This document shows positions 48,433 through 59,032 of a stretch of DNA of 64,000 nt, piece after piece; the first letter of the stretch is position 1; each line of letters opens with the position of its first letter. The position numbers and the translations under genes were made by a program. Below the pieces are notes generated by a model. It did no database searches, was not told the origin of the DNA, and saw nothing but the letters and a program-made list of their open reading frames with translations. The stretch is from an uncultured virus (IMG/VR IMGVR_UViG_3300011434_000001) (lineage: Duplodnaviria > Heunggongvirae > Uroviricota > Caudoviricetes), in IMG/VR virus record IMGVR_UViG_3300011434_000001; one strand, 5' to 3'.

Positions 48433-49071
48433 TTATAGTCCCCACGTTCCGGGCATGGCGGGACCGGTCCAACCGCTGCGCTTCGGCACAGAGTAGTTAG
48501 ATTGGGGCATCGTCAACCAGTTAAGGTCTTGACCGCTCTGAAGAACCTTCAGGCGATCATTATACCGCTGCGTGAGAATGTTTCCGACACTGCCGGTCGT
48601 GTATTTCGCTGCGTCTTTCAGTTGGCTTTTCAGATAGTCCTGTGCAGCCATATTAACTTCGCGGTTACGAGCCGCTTCATTATCGCGTGCCACCTGCATC
48701 GCTTGCTGTTGCGCGAGCACCGTTTGCGCCTTGACCAAATCCGGGTCCTGCTTCTGGCCACCGATCAAATCCTGAAGCATCGAAAGTAAATCCTGTTGCG
48801 GATTCGTAGACTGATTCTGACCATTCAAAAATGACGGAGCGTTTGTGGGCGCGGGTGTAACGTTGTCCACCGGATGCGTCGTCCCCGGAACGACATTGTC
48901 ACGACGAACATTTGCGCCGGTTCCGTTGGTAGCCGCTGGGACGATGGCATTCGTCAAAGCTTGACGAGTGACACCACCAGACGCCGCAAGTTTTTGCTCC
49001 GGTGTCATGGCCTGATTCACAGCATTGCGAATCATGGTCTTGGGTAGTAAGGTTGATGCAGTCCAGCCCAT
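48433..49071 (-). CDS. Putative virion protein
   Basis: Gln-rich ORF in the structural operon. Confidence 0.55.
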   Translation of the reverse strand: MGWTASTLLPKTMIRNAVNQAMTPEQKLAASGGVTRQALTNAIVPAATNGTGANVRRDNVVPGTTHPVDNVTPAPTNAPSFLNGQNQSTNPQQDLLSMLQDLIGGQKQDPDLVKAQTVLAQQQAMQVARDNEAARNREVNMAAQDYLKSQLKDAAKYTTGSVGNILTQRYNDRLKVLQSGQDLNWLTMPQSNYSVPKRSGWTGPAMPGTWGL

Positions 49072-49074
49072 AGG

Positions 49075-50022
49075 TTATACCGGGTTACGAAAATAATATT
49101 CGTCGTCGCTCATGGTCTTTGGCTTGTTCAGGATCGCATTCAAAAGTGACCCGGCCCCACTGGCCGCGCCACCGATCATGTTCCCGACAGCGTTGGCCTG
49201 ACCAATTGTTCCGCGAGAGGCAACGTCCGCCGCGCTCTGCGCGAGTTGATTCGTCGCGCCCACGCGCGCGAGCCAAAGATTCGCGATGTCCGTGCCGCCG
49301 AGACCCGCTTCGGGCACCATCTGATTCGATTGACTGAGCACGCTCTGCGCCGCGCCGAGTTTAGCAACCGACTTGTTTACGAGATTCGGAAAAAGCTGGC
49401 CGAGAACCGCTTGACGTTTCACGTCCATGTCCTGCGCCGCTTCCGCAAGCTTCGTGGCGCGCGCCTGACGGTCGGCCTTGAGTTGAATCGCAGCCGTGCC
49501 GATGATCTGACGTAAAATGTTTCCACCAAAACCTTTGGTAGTAGCGGACCCGCTCATCTGCCCGGTCTGTTCCAAACCCGCATTGACTAGTTCGGCCTGC
49601 ACATCCGGGGGGATGCTCGCACCCGCGTTAATCTCGCTGAGTGCCGCATCAATCAGTTTCGCTTTGACATCATTGAGCCCCGGAGTCCCAGCAATGGCCT
49701 CATCAGCCGCGACACCGGCAACCTTGTCAGCATCATCGCCGGTTAGACCTGCGAGACGATCAGAAATTTGCTTCTGAGAATTGTAACGTTGGTTCAGTAG
49801 CTCCGGGTCAATGATGCCCTGAAGACGAAGACGATCCTGCGCGCGCTGCTCGTCGGCGATGCGCGCCTTGTTGTTGATTTTGCTCGGGTTGAGTTGATCG
49901 AAAACAAACTGGCGCTGTTTCTCAATCGCCTCGATTTGTTTTTCTGTGGCGTCCTCGATAGCATTGGCTTGCATGTAGCCGCCAACGATGCTACCAACCG
50001 CGCCGAAAAGTGAGTCCCACAT
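49075..50022 (-). CDS. Putative DNA pilot / ejection protein
   Basis: N-terminal Gly-rich amphipathic segment LFGAVGSIVGG, Ala/Gln-rich helices. Confidence 0.6.
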   Translation of the reverse strand: MWDSLFGAVGSIVGGYMQANAIEDATEKQIEAIEKQRQFVFDQLNPSKINNKARIADEQRAQDRLRLQGIIDPELLNQRYNSQKQISDRLAGLTGDDADKVAGVAADEAIAGTPGLNDVKAKLIDAALSEINAGASIPPDVQAELVNAGLEQTGQMSGSATTKGFGGNILRQIIGTAAIQLKADRQARATKLAEAAQDMDVKRQAVLGQLFPNLVNKSVAKLGAAQSVLSQSNQMVPEAGLGGTDIANLWLARVGATNQLAQSAADVASRGTIGQANAVGNMIGGAASGAGSLLNAILNKPKTMSDDEYYFRNPV

Positions 50023-50025
50023 AAA

Positions 50026-50847
50026 TTAGTCTTTCTGCAAACACCAGAGAGCGATGGTCGCGGGGAACGAGGTGCTTCCACCACCATCCGCGATGTCCAA
50101 ACTCGTGCTCTCGCCGTAAGTTTCGAACGCAGCACGCGTCGCGAGCCCGGCAGCAACCGTCAACTCCGTTTCGGGAGTGGCCCCTGCATCTTTTGTCGCT
50201 TGCGAAATCCATCGACCGCGCACGCTCTGACTGCCTTCGCCGAAAACAGACCAGCCGGGATTCCGAGTGAGTGCTTCCGTCAAGACGGTGAACGCGACAA
50301 ACTTGATGTCACCCGGGACACCCGCCATTGTGCGCCACGCATTGCGCTCCCACCAAATCAAACACGCGATGTCCGTGTCATAATACTGCTGATACTCCAC
50401 CGGCGCATTCGGACGATTCGCAGTCGGGCCGGACAATACGATCCCGGAAAAAGGCACCCACGCAGCACCGTTGTAAACGTGCCAGCTAATCGGATTACCA
50501 ATGCTCGGGTCATCCTCAGTCGCGTCCTTATCGGTCTTTAGCCACACCGGAGGGTCGGTTTCGGACGGCGCATTCTTTCCAGTCTGAAACCAGCGGGTCT
50601 CGGAGTCGGAAATATCCTGCGGCACATACCGCTTCAACTCGTCATCGAAGACATACCACTTGCTGCCGTCTTTCAGCCACGGACCAACATCAGATGTCGG
50701 TTCCGTGTCGCCGATGAAGATGAAGTTTGACCCGCTCGGGGACACGATTTTCATCCGTTTGACGATCTCTTGGGCGAGATCGTTGGGCTTTCCTCGGAAA
50801 GTCACCGGGATTTGAGCCACTGAGATAATCAGGTTCGTGTCATTCAT
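50026..50847 (-). CDS. Tail-associated protein
   Basis: GPTANRP...YYDTD...W motif and tail-collar-like PGDIKFV...GW. Confidence 0.6.
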   Translation of the reverse strand: MNDTNLIISVAQIPVTFRGKPNDLAQEIVKRMKIVSPSGSNFIFIGDTEPTSDVGPWLKDGSKWYVFDDELKRYVPQDISDSETRWFQTGKNAPSETDPPVWLKTDKDATEDDPSIGNPISWHVYNGAAWVPFSGIVLSGPTANRPNAPVEYQQYYDTDIACLIWWERNAWRTMAGVPGDIKFVAFTVLTEALTRNPGWSVFGEGSQSVRGRWISQATKDAGATPETELTVAAGLATRAAFETYGESTSLDIADGGGSTSFPATIALWCLQKD

Positions 50848-50892
50848 GCGTAGTCACTAAAAGGTGGGTTTTTTGCCGCATAATCGCAACGT

Positions 50893-51852
50893 TTAATACG
50901 CCTCAACTTCCACGCAATCGGGGCCGGGCGAGCAGCCTGAAACCTTGAAATATTTACCTACTGGACCCTCACCTTTGGTCTTCGTGCCGGTCCAAACATT
51001 CTCACCAAACGAGCCGGTGATCGAGAAGGACCAACCGCATCCAGTTTCGTTGGCGGCACCAGACGTGACGAGCGCCGAACTGATGCAGAACCCGTGCAAC
51101 TTGTGCGGGGGCGGAATCACGCATCCGGGGCACGAGCCGGGAAAGCAATCGCCGCAACTCGGATCGGGTTCAAATTCCTGATCGATAAAATGTCCGTCGT
51201 TGACTTTCACAGGCCACGTCCCGGACCACTCAACCGCTTCAGCACAGTTAATCCCCGGGGGAGGGTCACTACCGGAAATTTCGCAGTTGACGCAGTTCGT
51301 CCAGAACAAACCGCAGTCCGTGATATCAAAGAGAGCGGAGTTGAAATTCTTGATTCGATACTGCGTGCCGGTCGAGCCATAGTCGCACGTTGTGTCGGTG
51401 CCTTCATTCGAACTGCACGGGTCCACGGGCGGAATGACGGGAGTTGTAACCGGGTTACTCGGCGGACCTTCGCCCTCGGTCGTGATCGGAGTGACAACAT
51501 ATGTATCGCCACCTTCGGGAGAGCCGGGCGGCAGCGGGACTCCACCTCCACCGGGCGGAGGCGTAACACATTCAGCGACGAGGATCAATTCTCCGCCCAC
51601 CACCTGATAAATGTTATAGCAGATGACCGGTGGGTCCTCGCCGGGTTCAGTTTCCCAGTTCAACGAAAAAGGACCTGCACCCTCCCCGAGCACAATCACG
51701 TTGCCGACTGGCCGGATGCGACCAAACGGATTGAGCACCGGCAGAATGAGGGACAGAAGTCCACTGCCGGACAGAATCACCTCGCACGCAGCGGGCGACA
51801 CATACTCAATCGGAGGACGACGAGCAAAAATAGTTTCGATTACAGAGTTCAT
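50893..51852 (-). CDS. Cys/Pro-rich structural protein with FN3-like segment
   Basis: SLNW...YNIY...YVVTPITTEGEGPPS; many Cys. Confidence 0.6.
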   Translation of the reverse strand: MNSVIETIFARRPPIEYVSPAACEVILSGSGLLSLILPVLNPFGRIRPVGNVIVLGEGAGPFSLNWETEPGEDPPVICYNIYQVVGGELILVAECVTPPPGGGGVPLPPGSPEGGDTYVVTPITTEGEGPPSNPVTTPVIPPVDPCSSNEGTDTTCDYGSTGTQYRIKNFNSALFDITDCGLFWTNCVNCEISGSDPPPGINCAEAVEWSGTWPVKVNDGHFIDQEFEPDPSCGDCFPGSCPGCVIPPPHKLHGFCISSALVTSGAANETGCGWSFSITGSFGENVWTGTKTKGEGPVGKYFKVSGCSPGPDCVEVEAY

Positions 51853-53846
51853 AGGGCTTCACCAATTCCAAGGATTCTCGGGAGCAGCGCGGAGAGTTCA
51901 ATCTCGGCGCGTTTTTGCGCGACTCGCTCAGCAACTCGATCTGCCGCATCCTGCGACACCACGCTCTCCCCGTATCCAACTCCCACGGACGTGATATTTT
52001 CTTGTGTGATAGAGACGGTCTTGTTCGCGGTGTAGATAACAATCTCTTTCGCTTCCATCTCGGTCACGAGCCCATCGCGGTCTTCGCCCTTGACTCCGGC
52101 CCCATCGAATCGGACGCCGTTGTAGCCGGTTTCGTTCTGGCACGCCTCGTTGGAACCATTTGTGTCCACCTGCTCATGCGTAGAGAAGGCGCGAATCCAT
52201 CGGATGGCCGCTGGACCGTGACCCACGATGAGTAACTGAAAGCTTTCATCGATATCTTCATTGTTCGAAGATTCCACAGGACATGAACCGCTCTCGTCAG
52301 ATTTCTGCCGGGCTTCTTCAGTGCGGGCCACGCGAGTCTGAGGTTTAAACGCAAAGATTTCGGTCTCCGCCGTGATCTCGTGCTCGGGCACAAGGTTACC
52401 GCGCTCCACGTTGAACCGCTTCGCGAGAATATTTTTGTAGGCCCCGCGCAAACCGCCAGCGTAGAACACGCCGAGGTCCAAATCTTCTTCGATGCCGACG
52501 AGCGCAACTTCCGCCCACCCGAACTTGCACATCTCCCCGGGAGGTTTGGTCTGCGAACTCTGACCAAAATATCCGCGCGTCTCCACGAACCATGTGATCG
52601 GGCATCCGTTGTCCAATCGATCTGGACGAAAAGCTTCCCACAGACGATTCTTGTCGTCCTTGTCAGTGGACACATGAAAAATTCGATCCTGACCGACGAT
52701 GTTCCCATACACCCACTCGACCGGGCGAGTCCCGGTCCAGTAGCTCGCCCACGAGGGGCCGGAGTCATCGTTGATCGTTTCCAAGCTGGCGTTGTTAAGC
52801 ACCCATGTGTGCTTGTTGAACGTGTCCTCAGCGGGCACGCTCATGAGCATGTAAGAGCCGAACGCTGCGCCTGCAACCGTGGTAAGGTCTTCCCCGAGGC
52901 GCGCCTTGCTGACCATCATCTCGTTGTCGCGAATCGGCAAGCGAGACGTAATCATACTCGCCTGCGCCGCATCGAGCATCACGACGCCACCAGCGGAACT
53001 GAACCACGAGAGGCGACCATAATGAGAGACGATGGACTTATGCGACGGCGTCCCAATTTTGAAAGCTTCCGCCTGCATGTTCGTGGTCGTCGGCCATGAA
53101 TCACGGTCGCGAATATATGCCTTGATCAACTCCGCTTCGTTCTGCGTGAACACAATCAAGTTCGGAGTGTCGGATGACGGAGTCACCGCAAGACCGGTCA
53201 CTTCCGACTTGAACGCAAACGCGCTAATGCCGCCGAGATATGTATCCTCACGAAAAGAAAATGGATTGGCAGGATCGCTGGCGCGAACAAAATTTCGATG
53301 CGCGACCCATAGGCGGTCGCCCACCCACGCCATCGGCCCGCCCACCGGCGTTTCGAATGCGTTGTCGCGGATGTGGCCGGACTGAGACCCATCGTAGTAT
53401 GCGGGGGCAGTCTCGCCGCCGTCTTGGATGATCAACACGTTGCGCGGGTCGATTACCTCGATGGCCGACGCAAAGTCAGTCGTTTTTCGGCGGGCGGATT
53501 GAACGGTCTGACACCAGAATACCTGCTTCGCCGAAGGAGACATCAGGACCCCGGGAATCTGTTTAAACGAGAGAAAGGGCCAGCCCGAGACGTAGAGCAC
53601 GCCAGAGATGCAGACCACAATCTGCTCCACCCCAAACTGGGGACGAAAAAGAGTGCCGCCTTGAAGCTTACCGTCCGGGAGTTCGGTGACGCATCGATAG
53701 CCGGGGCGACAGCCCGGCATACCGCCGACGTTGATCACGTTCTCACCGCACCAGTAATACCCGAGGGGTAACTGAGCGGGGTCCGTGTCGGATTTCATCC
53801 CACGGAAGAACGAGCCGTCGTAATCGTAAAAGGGTTGTGAGGGCAT
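51849..53846 (-). CDS. Putative tail nozzle / tubular protein B-like
   Basis: 665 aa, beta-rich, N-terminal G...D...LP...EN...RPG pattern, gene position. Confidence 0.6.
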   Translation of the reverse strand: MPSQPFYDYDGSFFRGMKSDTDPAQLPLGYYWCGENVINVGGMPGCRPGYRCVTELPDGKLQGGTLFRPQFGVEQIVVCISGVLYVSGWPFLSFKQIPGVLMSPSAKQVFWCQTVQSARRKTTDFASAIEVIDPRNVLIIQDGGETAPAYYDGSQSGHIRDNAFETPVGGPMAWVGDRLWVAHRNFVRASDPANPFSFREDTYLGGISAFAFKSEVTGLAVTPSSDTPNLIVFTQNEAELIKAYIRDRDSWPTTTNMQAEAFKIGTPSHKSIVSHYGRLSWFSSAGGVVMLDAAQASMITSRLPIRDNEMMVSKARLGEDLTTVAGAAFGSYMLMSVPAEDTFNKHTWVLNNASLETINDDSGPSWASYWTGTRPVEWVYGNIVGQDRIFHVSTDKDDKNRLWEAFRPDRLDNGCPITWFVETRGYFGQSSQTKPPGEMCKFGWAEVALVGIEEDLDLGVFYAGGLRGAYKNILAKRFNVERGNLVPEHEITAETEIFAFKPQTRVARTEEARQKSDESGSCPVESSNNEDIDESFQLLIVGHGPAAIRWIRAFSTHEQVDTNGSNEACQNETGYNGVRFDGAGVKGEDRDGLVTEMEAKEIVIYTANKTVSITQENITSVGVGYGESVVSQDAADRVAERVAQKRAEIELSALLPRILGIGEAL

Positions 53847-54793
53847 TAGACAATGTCGTAGTCATGTTTGTCCGTGAGCGCACCCGAACCGTCCATCACC
53901 TGAATCGGGCTGACGGTCGTATTCGGTTCCACTTTATTCTGCGCTTCCAACTCCAGACGCGTAGCGTTGACTTCATACGCCTGCGCCTCCGCCAACTTTT
54001 CGTTAGAGTAATATTTGCGCGCCTGAAGGCCGAGCAAAAATCCTACGCGGCTGCGGAGTGGGACGTGATCATACAGACTGGTGAAAACGGGATTCTTGCG
54101 CATGTATGCGATGCGCACCCACGAAGCACCGCGATTGATCTTGATGCGCCGGAACTGCGGAATTTCCTCGTCGGGCTCATACACTCCGAGCACGATGTTG
54201 TCTTCCGTCACCAGCTTGACCGAGCCTGCGGTCCTCGCTTTGAAAATTCCTGTGATGCGCGCGATAGTCGGCGCTTCTGTGTCCGGGACTGCAACGCCAT
54301 AGATGGTCGGGACCTGATAGCCGTCGAGCCACTGGCCATCCACCTGTCGGCGCAGCTTGTTTCCATTCGTGTCGTATCCGTAGACGATCAACTCTTTGCC
54401 GTTGTCATCAGCGGTCTGGAGGTGCGCAACAAGTCGGCGAGGTTCGCTGAGATCGCGATACGTGACGTGCCACGCGCCTTGATCTTGCCACGACCAATCG
54501 CACGAACACCGACAGTCGCCCATACCGTTGAGATGAAAATTGAAAAGCGTTCCGTAGCCAAGTGTGGGGCGTCCACCGATGTTCACCGCGATGACGGTCT
54601 CCACCTCGCGAGGGAGCGTGATGCAACGGTCGTCGCCGGACGTGCAGATATCAAGCCACGCCTTGAATCCCTCGAACTCGCCCTTGTTCGCAATCATCGT
54701 GACCGCGTCACCGAGCCATCGGAACAGCTTGGTGTCGTCACAGACCCCGATGATCTTGCGGGCTTCTTCTTCTACGTCGGCAACCCGAAACAT
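53846..54793 (-). CDS. Putative head-tail adaptor / tubular protein A-like
   Basis: ATG 54793 (MFRVADVEEEARK); position upstream of the nozzle-like gene. Confidence 0.55.
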   Translation of the reverse strand: MFRVADVEEEARKIIGVCDDTKLFRWLGDAVTMIANKGEFEGFKAWLDICTSGDDRCITLPREVETVIAVNIGGRPTLGYGTLFNFHLNGMGDCRCSCDWSWQDQGAWHVTYRDLSEPRRLVAHLQTADDNGKELIVYGYDTNGNKLRRQVDGQWLDGYQVPTIYGVAVPDTEAPTIARITGIFKARTAGSVKLVTEDNIVLGVYEPDEEIPQFRRIKINRGASWVRIAYMRKNPVFTSLYDHVPLRSRVGFLLGLQARKYYSNEKLAEAQAYEVNATRLELEAQNKVEPNTTVSPIQVMDGSGALTDKHDYDIV

Positions 54794-54794
54794 A

Positions 54795-55112
54795 TTAATA
54801 GCTTTCTTTTTCGCGAGCGGCCATGTGCGCGTCGAGGGCTTCCTCAGCAGACTTGTCGCGCTTGCTCGGGGCCTCAGTTTTCTTGGCCTCAACAGAGACG
54901 ATCTCCTGAACCTCCACGGTGCAAGAATACGAGCCGTCCTTTTCCTCGGTGCTCCGGGCTTTCTTATACCGAATTACCATCAGCCCTTCTTTGGGAAGGT
55001 CCAGCGGCTCATCCTCGTGAAAGGTGATCGAAGGATAATATGGGTCCTCCGGCCCGAGAGGCGATGGTCCTTTCATAGGTTCGCCGAGTTTGATGTTGAG
55101 ATTCATCTTCAT
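54795..55112 (-). CDS. Hypothetical protein
   Basis: Starts right after GCACCTTTTAGT. Confidence 0.65.
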   Translation of the reverse strand: MKMNLNIKLGEPMKGPSPLGPEDPYYPSITFHEDEPLDLPKEGLMVIRYKKARSTEEKDGSYSCTVEVQEIVSVEAKKTEAPSKRDKSAEEALDAHMAAREKESY

Positions 55113-55132
55113 ATACTAAAAGGTGCGGTTTT

Positions 55133-57745
55133 TTAGGGGTTGACGATACCCTCCAAATACTTGATCACGGCGAAATTCATCTGCCGCGCAGTGCCTGCGC
55201 CACCCACGGTGTTCTTCACACCCGCCACGAAGCGCATCGCAGTCGCGGAAGCAGGAAGTTGCACCGTCGCCGTTTTAACCAAAGTATTATTGATATAGAA
55301 TCGAACTTCAGAACCGCCGTTCTCCCACTCGATACGAAAATCCTGCGTGGTGGTTGTGGAAACGTTCACGCCCGTCGTGAAGACGTTCAAATTTGTGCCA
55401 TCATACGTGACGACCTTCCACTCCGAATCAGTTCCGGCTGAATACCGAAACCCAACGAACGTCGTCCCCGGCGTGTCACTATTATTTCCGAACAGGGTAG
55501 CACCCGTATTCGCAGCCCAACCAATCCAACATCGATTTCCCGATGTCTCATTCAAATTACACAGGATGACCGATGTCATCTTATAACTCAAAAAGAACGT
55601 GCTCGTTGATGGGGCTTCATAGAATGCTGAGTTGTTCAGCGTCGTAGAAGTGCGAAGATCACGACCTTCCAATTTTGTTGAAGTGGCCGCAACCGGATTG
55701 CCGGAAGAAGCCGTAGAAGTCATCGCATTCCCCAAGCTGGTAGTCCCGCCGTTGTAAAAATAAATCGCTCGCTCTACGGCTACGTTCCATTGCTTCGTTC
55801 CGTCCGCGCCCGCTGCACCGTTTGAACCGGCTGCGCCGGTCGCGCCGGTATCGCCCTTATCACCCTTCGGGATAAAGTTCACCTTAACGATGTCGTTATC
55901 GCTGAAGGAACCGTTCGACACGATTCCCGCCACAGTGAAAGTATCCCACGATCCGTTATCCGTCAGCGTCCCGCTAATGGAGAAGACTGCAAACACCGAA
56001 GGATCGCTGTCCTTCCGCATTGTGAGAGTCCCACGAATCGTGGAAGTCGAATCGTCCCATGACGCGAGGTAAGCCGCCAACGCGTTTGCATCTCCATCCG
56101 TTTCCGAGATGTAGAGCGCCGTCGCGGACAGGAGAGTGGTATTATTAAATTGCAATTTGCCGGAACCGGGATCAGTTGCGGTCGTGGTCGTATCGTAAGT
56201 ATACTTGAGACCCTGATTCCGGCCATCCGCACCGTTCGTCCCGTTGGACCCATTCGAACCGTTCGAACCGGCTGCGCCAGTCGCACCAGTTGCCCCAGTC
56301 GCGCCGGTATCGCCCTTATCACCAGTCGGGAAGAAATGAACCTTTACGACATCGTTATTAGCGAACACCCCAGTCGATGCTACGTGCGTTACTGAAAACG
56401 CATCCCACGCGCCATTGTCGGTGCGATTGCCAGTAATTTGAAAAATGGCGAACACTGAGGCGTCCGAGTCCTTGCGCATCGTGAGCACGCCACGAATCGT
56501 GGAAGTGCTGTCATCCCACGTCGCGAGATAGTTGCCGAGGGACAACACGTCACCATCCGTCTCAGAAATAAAGAGTGCAGTAGCGGAGGCAAGCGTCGCG
56601 TTGTTGAACTTCAGGAACCCGGAGCCGGGATCAGAGTTGGCGGTATTCGTGCTGTAAGAATACTTGATGCCAGCTTCACGACCGCCAGTTCCGCCAGAAC
56701 CGGGAGAACCAGTCGCGCCAGTCGCGCCCTTCTTTTGGAAGGTCCAAACGATATTGTCCGCATTCGCAAAATTCCCACCGCTCGTGGCCACGCATGTCAC
56801 AACGTAGTGGTGCCGGGCTCCCGCAACCGAATGGCTGACGACTTCAAAAATACCGTAAAGAGGAACGGCATCCTTGTTGTAGATGAAAATCAAATCGCCT
56901 GCGGTATCGGGGAGCCCTAGAGCGTCGTCATTGAAATTATTTTCCGCGTCCGTCTTGTTTACATAAATGTCGGTAACATCGCCGAAATCATTATCATTGA
57001 ACGTGATTTCCTGCGAGCCCGGATTCGTCGAGTTGTTCGTGTTGAAGACGTAAGGGAACGCAACCGCGCCGCCCGGACGACCATTCTCGCCATTTGCGCC
57101 ATCCGCACCGTCCGCACCATTAGTGCCGTTCGTGCCATTAGTGCCGTTGGTTCCATTTGTGCCAGCCGCACCCGTGTCGCCTTGGTCACCCGTGAAGGTA
57201 AAATTCAAAACCAGCGTGTCGCCGTCCACAAACGAACCGTTAGATGCAAACGGCAGAACCGAGAACGTATCCCACGCGCCGTTGTCGAGACGGGTTCCAA
57301 CAACGTTCATCGCAACGGACGTGGACGGGTCACCTTCTTTGTGAATAAACAGAGTGCCCTTGACTGTAGACGAACCGGTCGTCCACAGATTCAAGTAAAA
57401 CTCAAGGTCATTACTGTCCGCATCTGTCTCCGAGACGTAGAGGCTAGTAGCGAGATTAGGGTTCGCATTGTTAAACCGCAGTTTGCCAACTCCGGGATCA
57501 GAGGAAGCTGTTAAGGCGGAATAAGTATACCGCTGTCCCGCATCCTGACCGGCGACACCTTGAATTCCTTGCACGCCTTGCACGCCCTGCACGCCTTGCG
57601 GACCCTGCACGCCTTGCGCACCAACGAACTCGGGCGGAACGCGACGAAGCCGCCGAACGCCGGGGGAAATTTCCACCGTCGCGATTACTTCGCCTTCACC
57701 TGCCGGGATCGCTTGTTCCCATGTCGGGATTTCGCTCGTTTTCAT
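55133..57745 (-). CDS. Tail fibre with collagen-like G-X-Y runs and repeated domains
   Basis: GVQGPQ and GATGAT triplets; repeated DPG.G.L.FNN...SETD domains; lectin-like C-terminus. Confidence 0.85.
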   Translation of the reverse strand: MKTSEIPTWEQAIPAGEGEVIATVEISPGVRRLRRVPPEFVGAQGVQGPQGVQGVQGVQGIQGVAGQDAGQRYTYSALTASSDPGVGKLRFNNANPNLATSLYVSETDADSNDLEFYLNLWTTGSSTVKGTLFIHKEGDPSTSVAMNVVGTRLDNGAWDTFSVLPFASNGSFVDGDTLVLNFTFTGDQGDTGAAGTNGTNGTNGTNGTNGADGADGANGENGRPGGAVAFPYVFNTNNSTNPGSQEITFNDNDFGDVTDIYVNKTDAENNFNDDALGLPDTAGDLIFIYNKDAVPLYGIFEVVSHSVAGARHHYVVTCVATSGGNFANADNIVWTFQKKGATGATGSPGSGGTGGREAGIKYSYSTNTANSDPGSGFLKFNNATLASATALFISETDGDVLSLGNYLATWDDSTSTIRGVLTMRKDSDASVFAIFQITGNRTDNGAWDAFSVTHVASTGVFANNDVVKVHFFPTGDKGDTGATGATGATGAAGSNGSNGSNGTNGADGRNQGLKYTYDTTTTATDPGSGKLQFNNTTLLSATALYISETDGDANALAAYLASWDDSTSTIRGTLTMRKDSDPSVFAVFSISGTLTDNGSWDTFTVAGIVSNGSFSDNDIVKVNFIPKGDKGDTGATGAAGSNGAAGADGTKQWNVAVERAIYFYNGGTTSLGNAMTSTASSGNPVAATSTKLEGRDLRTSTTLNNSAFYEAPSTSTFFLSYKMTSVILCNLNETSGNRCWIGWAANTGATLFGNNSDTPGTTFVGFRYSAGTDSEWKVVTYDGTNLNVFTTGVNVSTTTTQDFRIEWENGGSEVRFYINNTLVKTATVQLPASATAMRFVAGVKNTVGGAGTARQMNFAVIKYLEGIVNP

Positions 57746-58023
57746 GCGTTGTCAATACAGATGTAGTCGTTGTTGGCTTCCTTCACCAATTGATTGTCGT
57801 CATCCTGCCAGATGTCGCAATCCCCAAAGTTTAGGGGGCCGTTGTTAATACCTAACACATACCCCGGAGTATGAACCGTCTTATCGCCGCCGACAGCGGG
57901 ATCACAAGACCCTGCGGGCAACCCAGTCAGTTTCGGCGGAGCGCATGGAGCGGTCTTGACCCGCACCGGTGCTGCCGAACCCGAAGACAAACCTTCACCG
58001 TCATACTTAGGCGAGTTTGACAT
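57742..58023 (-). CDS. Hypothetical protein
   Basis: Coupled ORF in the structural operon. Confidence 0.6.
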   Translation of the reverse strand: MSNSPKYDGEGLSSGSAAPVRVKTAPCAPPKLTGLPAGSCDPAVGGDKTVHTPGYVLGINNGPLNFGDCDIWQDDDNQLVKEANNDYICIDNA

Positions 58024-59032
58024 AAGTCATCGTAGTCCGAGTGGCGATGATGTTAACGCGCGCACCCGTGGTGCATTTCGCTTGGAGCCGCACTTCCTCA
58101 TTGTCCACAGAAGATGTGTAGATGACCGTAAAGCTAACAACACGATTCTCGTCTTCCGAAATCTCGGAGGTTTCAAACTGAGAGCCGTCCAACGTCGCCG
58201 GGACGGTATCGCGCAACTGAAGATAGACGATGTCCGAATCCACGATCCCGGTCAACCCAATCATTTGAGTTGAGACTGTGATCTGATAGGTGCCTGCGGT
58301 CGGAAGCAGCAGACGCGCGGACGAGTTGACGAAGTCCACCGCAGCAAACGTGACGGTGAGTTCATAGTCCGTCCCAACCGTGGCATGGTATTGACCATTC
58401 GTTTCCGTGTGCGATTCGCCGGGATCGCCCTGATCGCCTTGTGGACCTTGAATCCCCTGTGGGCCGACAATACTCTGCCCGGGAAAACCGGACGGCACAA
58501 CCAACTTGCCCGTGGTGACCGTAACGGGTGGGCTGCTGGCCGCCTTGACGAGCGTCAACCACAGTGTGCCAGAGCCGTCCTTCGCGGTGACCAGATACCA
58601 ACCCGAGTTTTGAATGAAAACGTAGAGTCCTTCAAGGATCGCCGGATTGTAGAGAGTCGAGATGACGATGTTCGGTGCGCCGAGATTCGGTTGCGTGAAG
58701 CTGGCCAGCACGACAGTAAAGGCGTTGGCCCCGTCGTCACCATCCGCACCAGCCGCACCCTGCGGACCCGTTGCGCCGATAATCCCTTCGTTGAACAGGC
58801 GCAGAAAATAGCAGGCGAGCCCTTCGCCCTCGGCGCGAGGATTATTTTCGAGACCGATATCGAGACTGCACGGCAGAGACCAAACGATCTCACCGTTCAC
58901 CTCGGTCTTGACTACGTCGCCGAAAAATTGCTGCGTGAAATTGGCAATCTGCGATGACAGCGATTCGCAATCGACTGTGTTCGTCTCGGACGACTGGCAG
59001 GGGCTATCCCCGCAATTACTTTGACAGGACAT
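58007..59032 (-). CDS. Collagen-repeat structural protein
   Basis: GATGPQGAAGADG and GPQGIQGPQGDQGDPG; Cys-rich N-terminus. Confidence 0.75.
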   Translation of the reverse strand: MSCQSNCGDSPCQSSETNTVDCESLSSQIANFTQQFFGDVVKTEVNGEIVWSLPCSLDIGLENNPRAEGEGLACYFLRLFNEGIIGATGPQGAAGADGDDGANAFTVVLASFTQPNLGAPNIVISTLYNPAILEGLYVFIQNSGWYLVTAKDGSGTLWLTLVKAASSPPVTVTTGKLVVPSGFPGQSIVGPQGIQGPQGDQGDPGESHTETNGQYHATVGTDYELTVTFAAVDFVNSSARLLLPTAGTYQITVSTQMIGLTGIVDSDIVYLQLRDTVPATLDGSQFETSEISEDENRVVSFTVIYTSSVDNEEVRLQAKCTTGARVNIIATRTTMTYVKLA

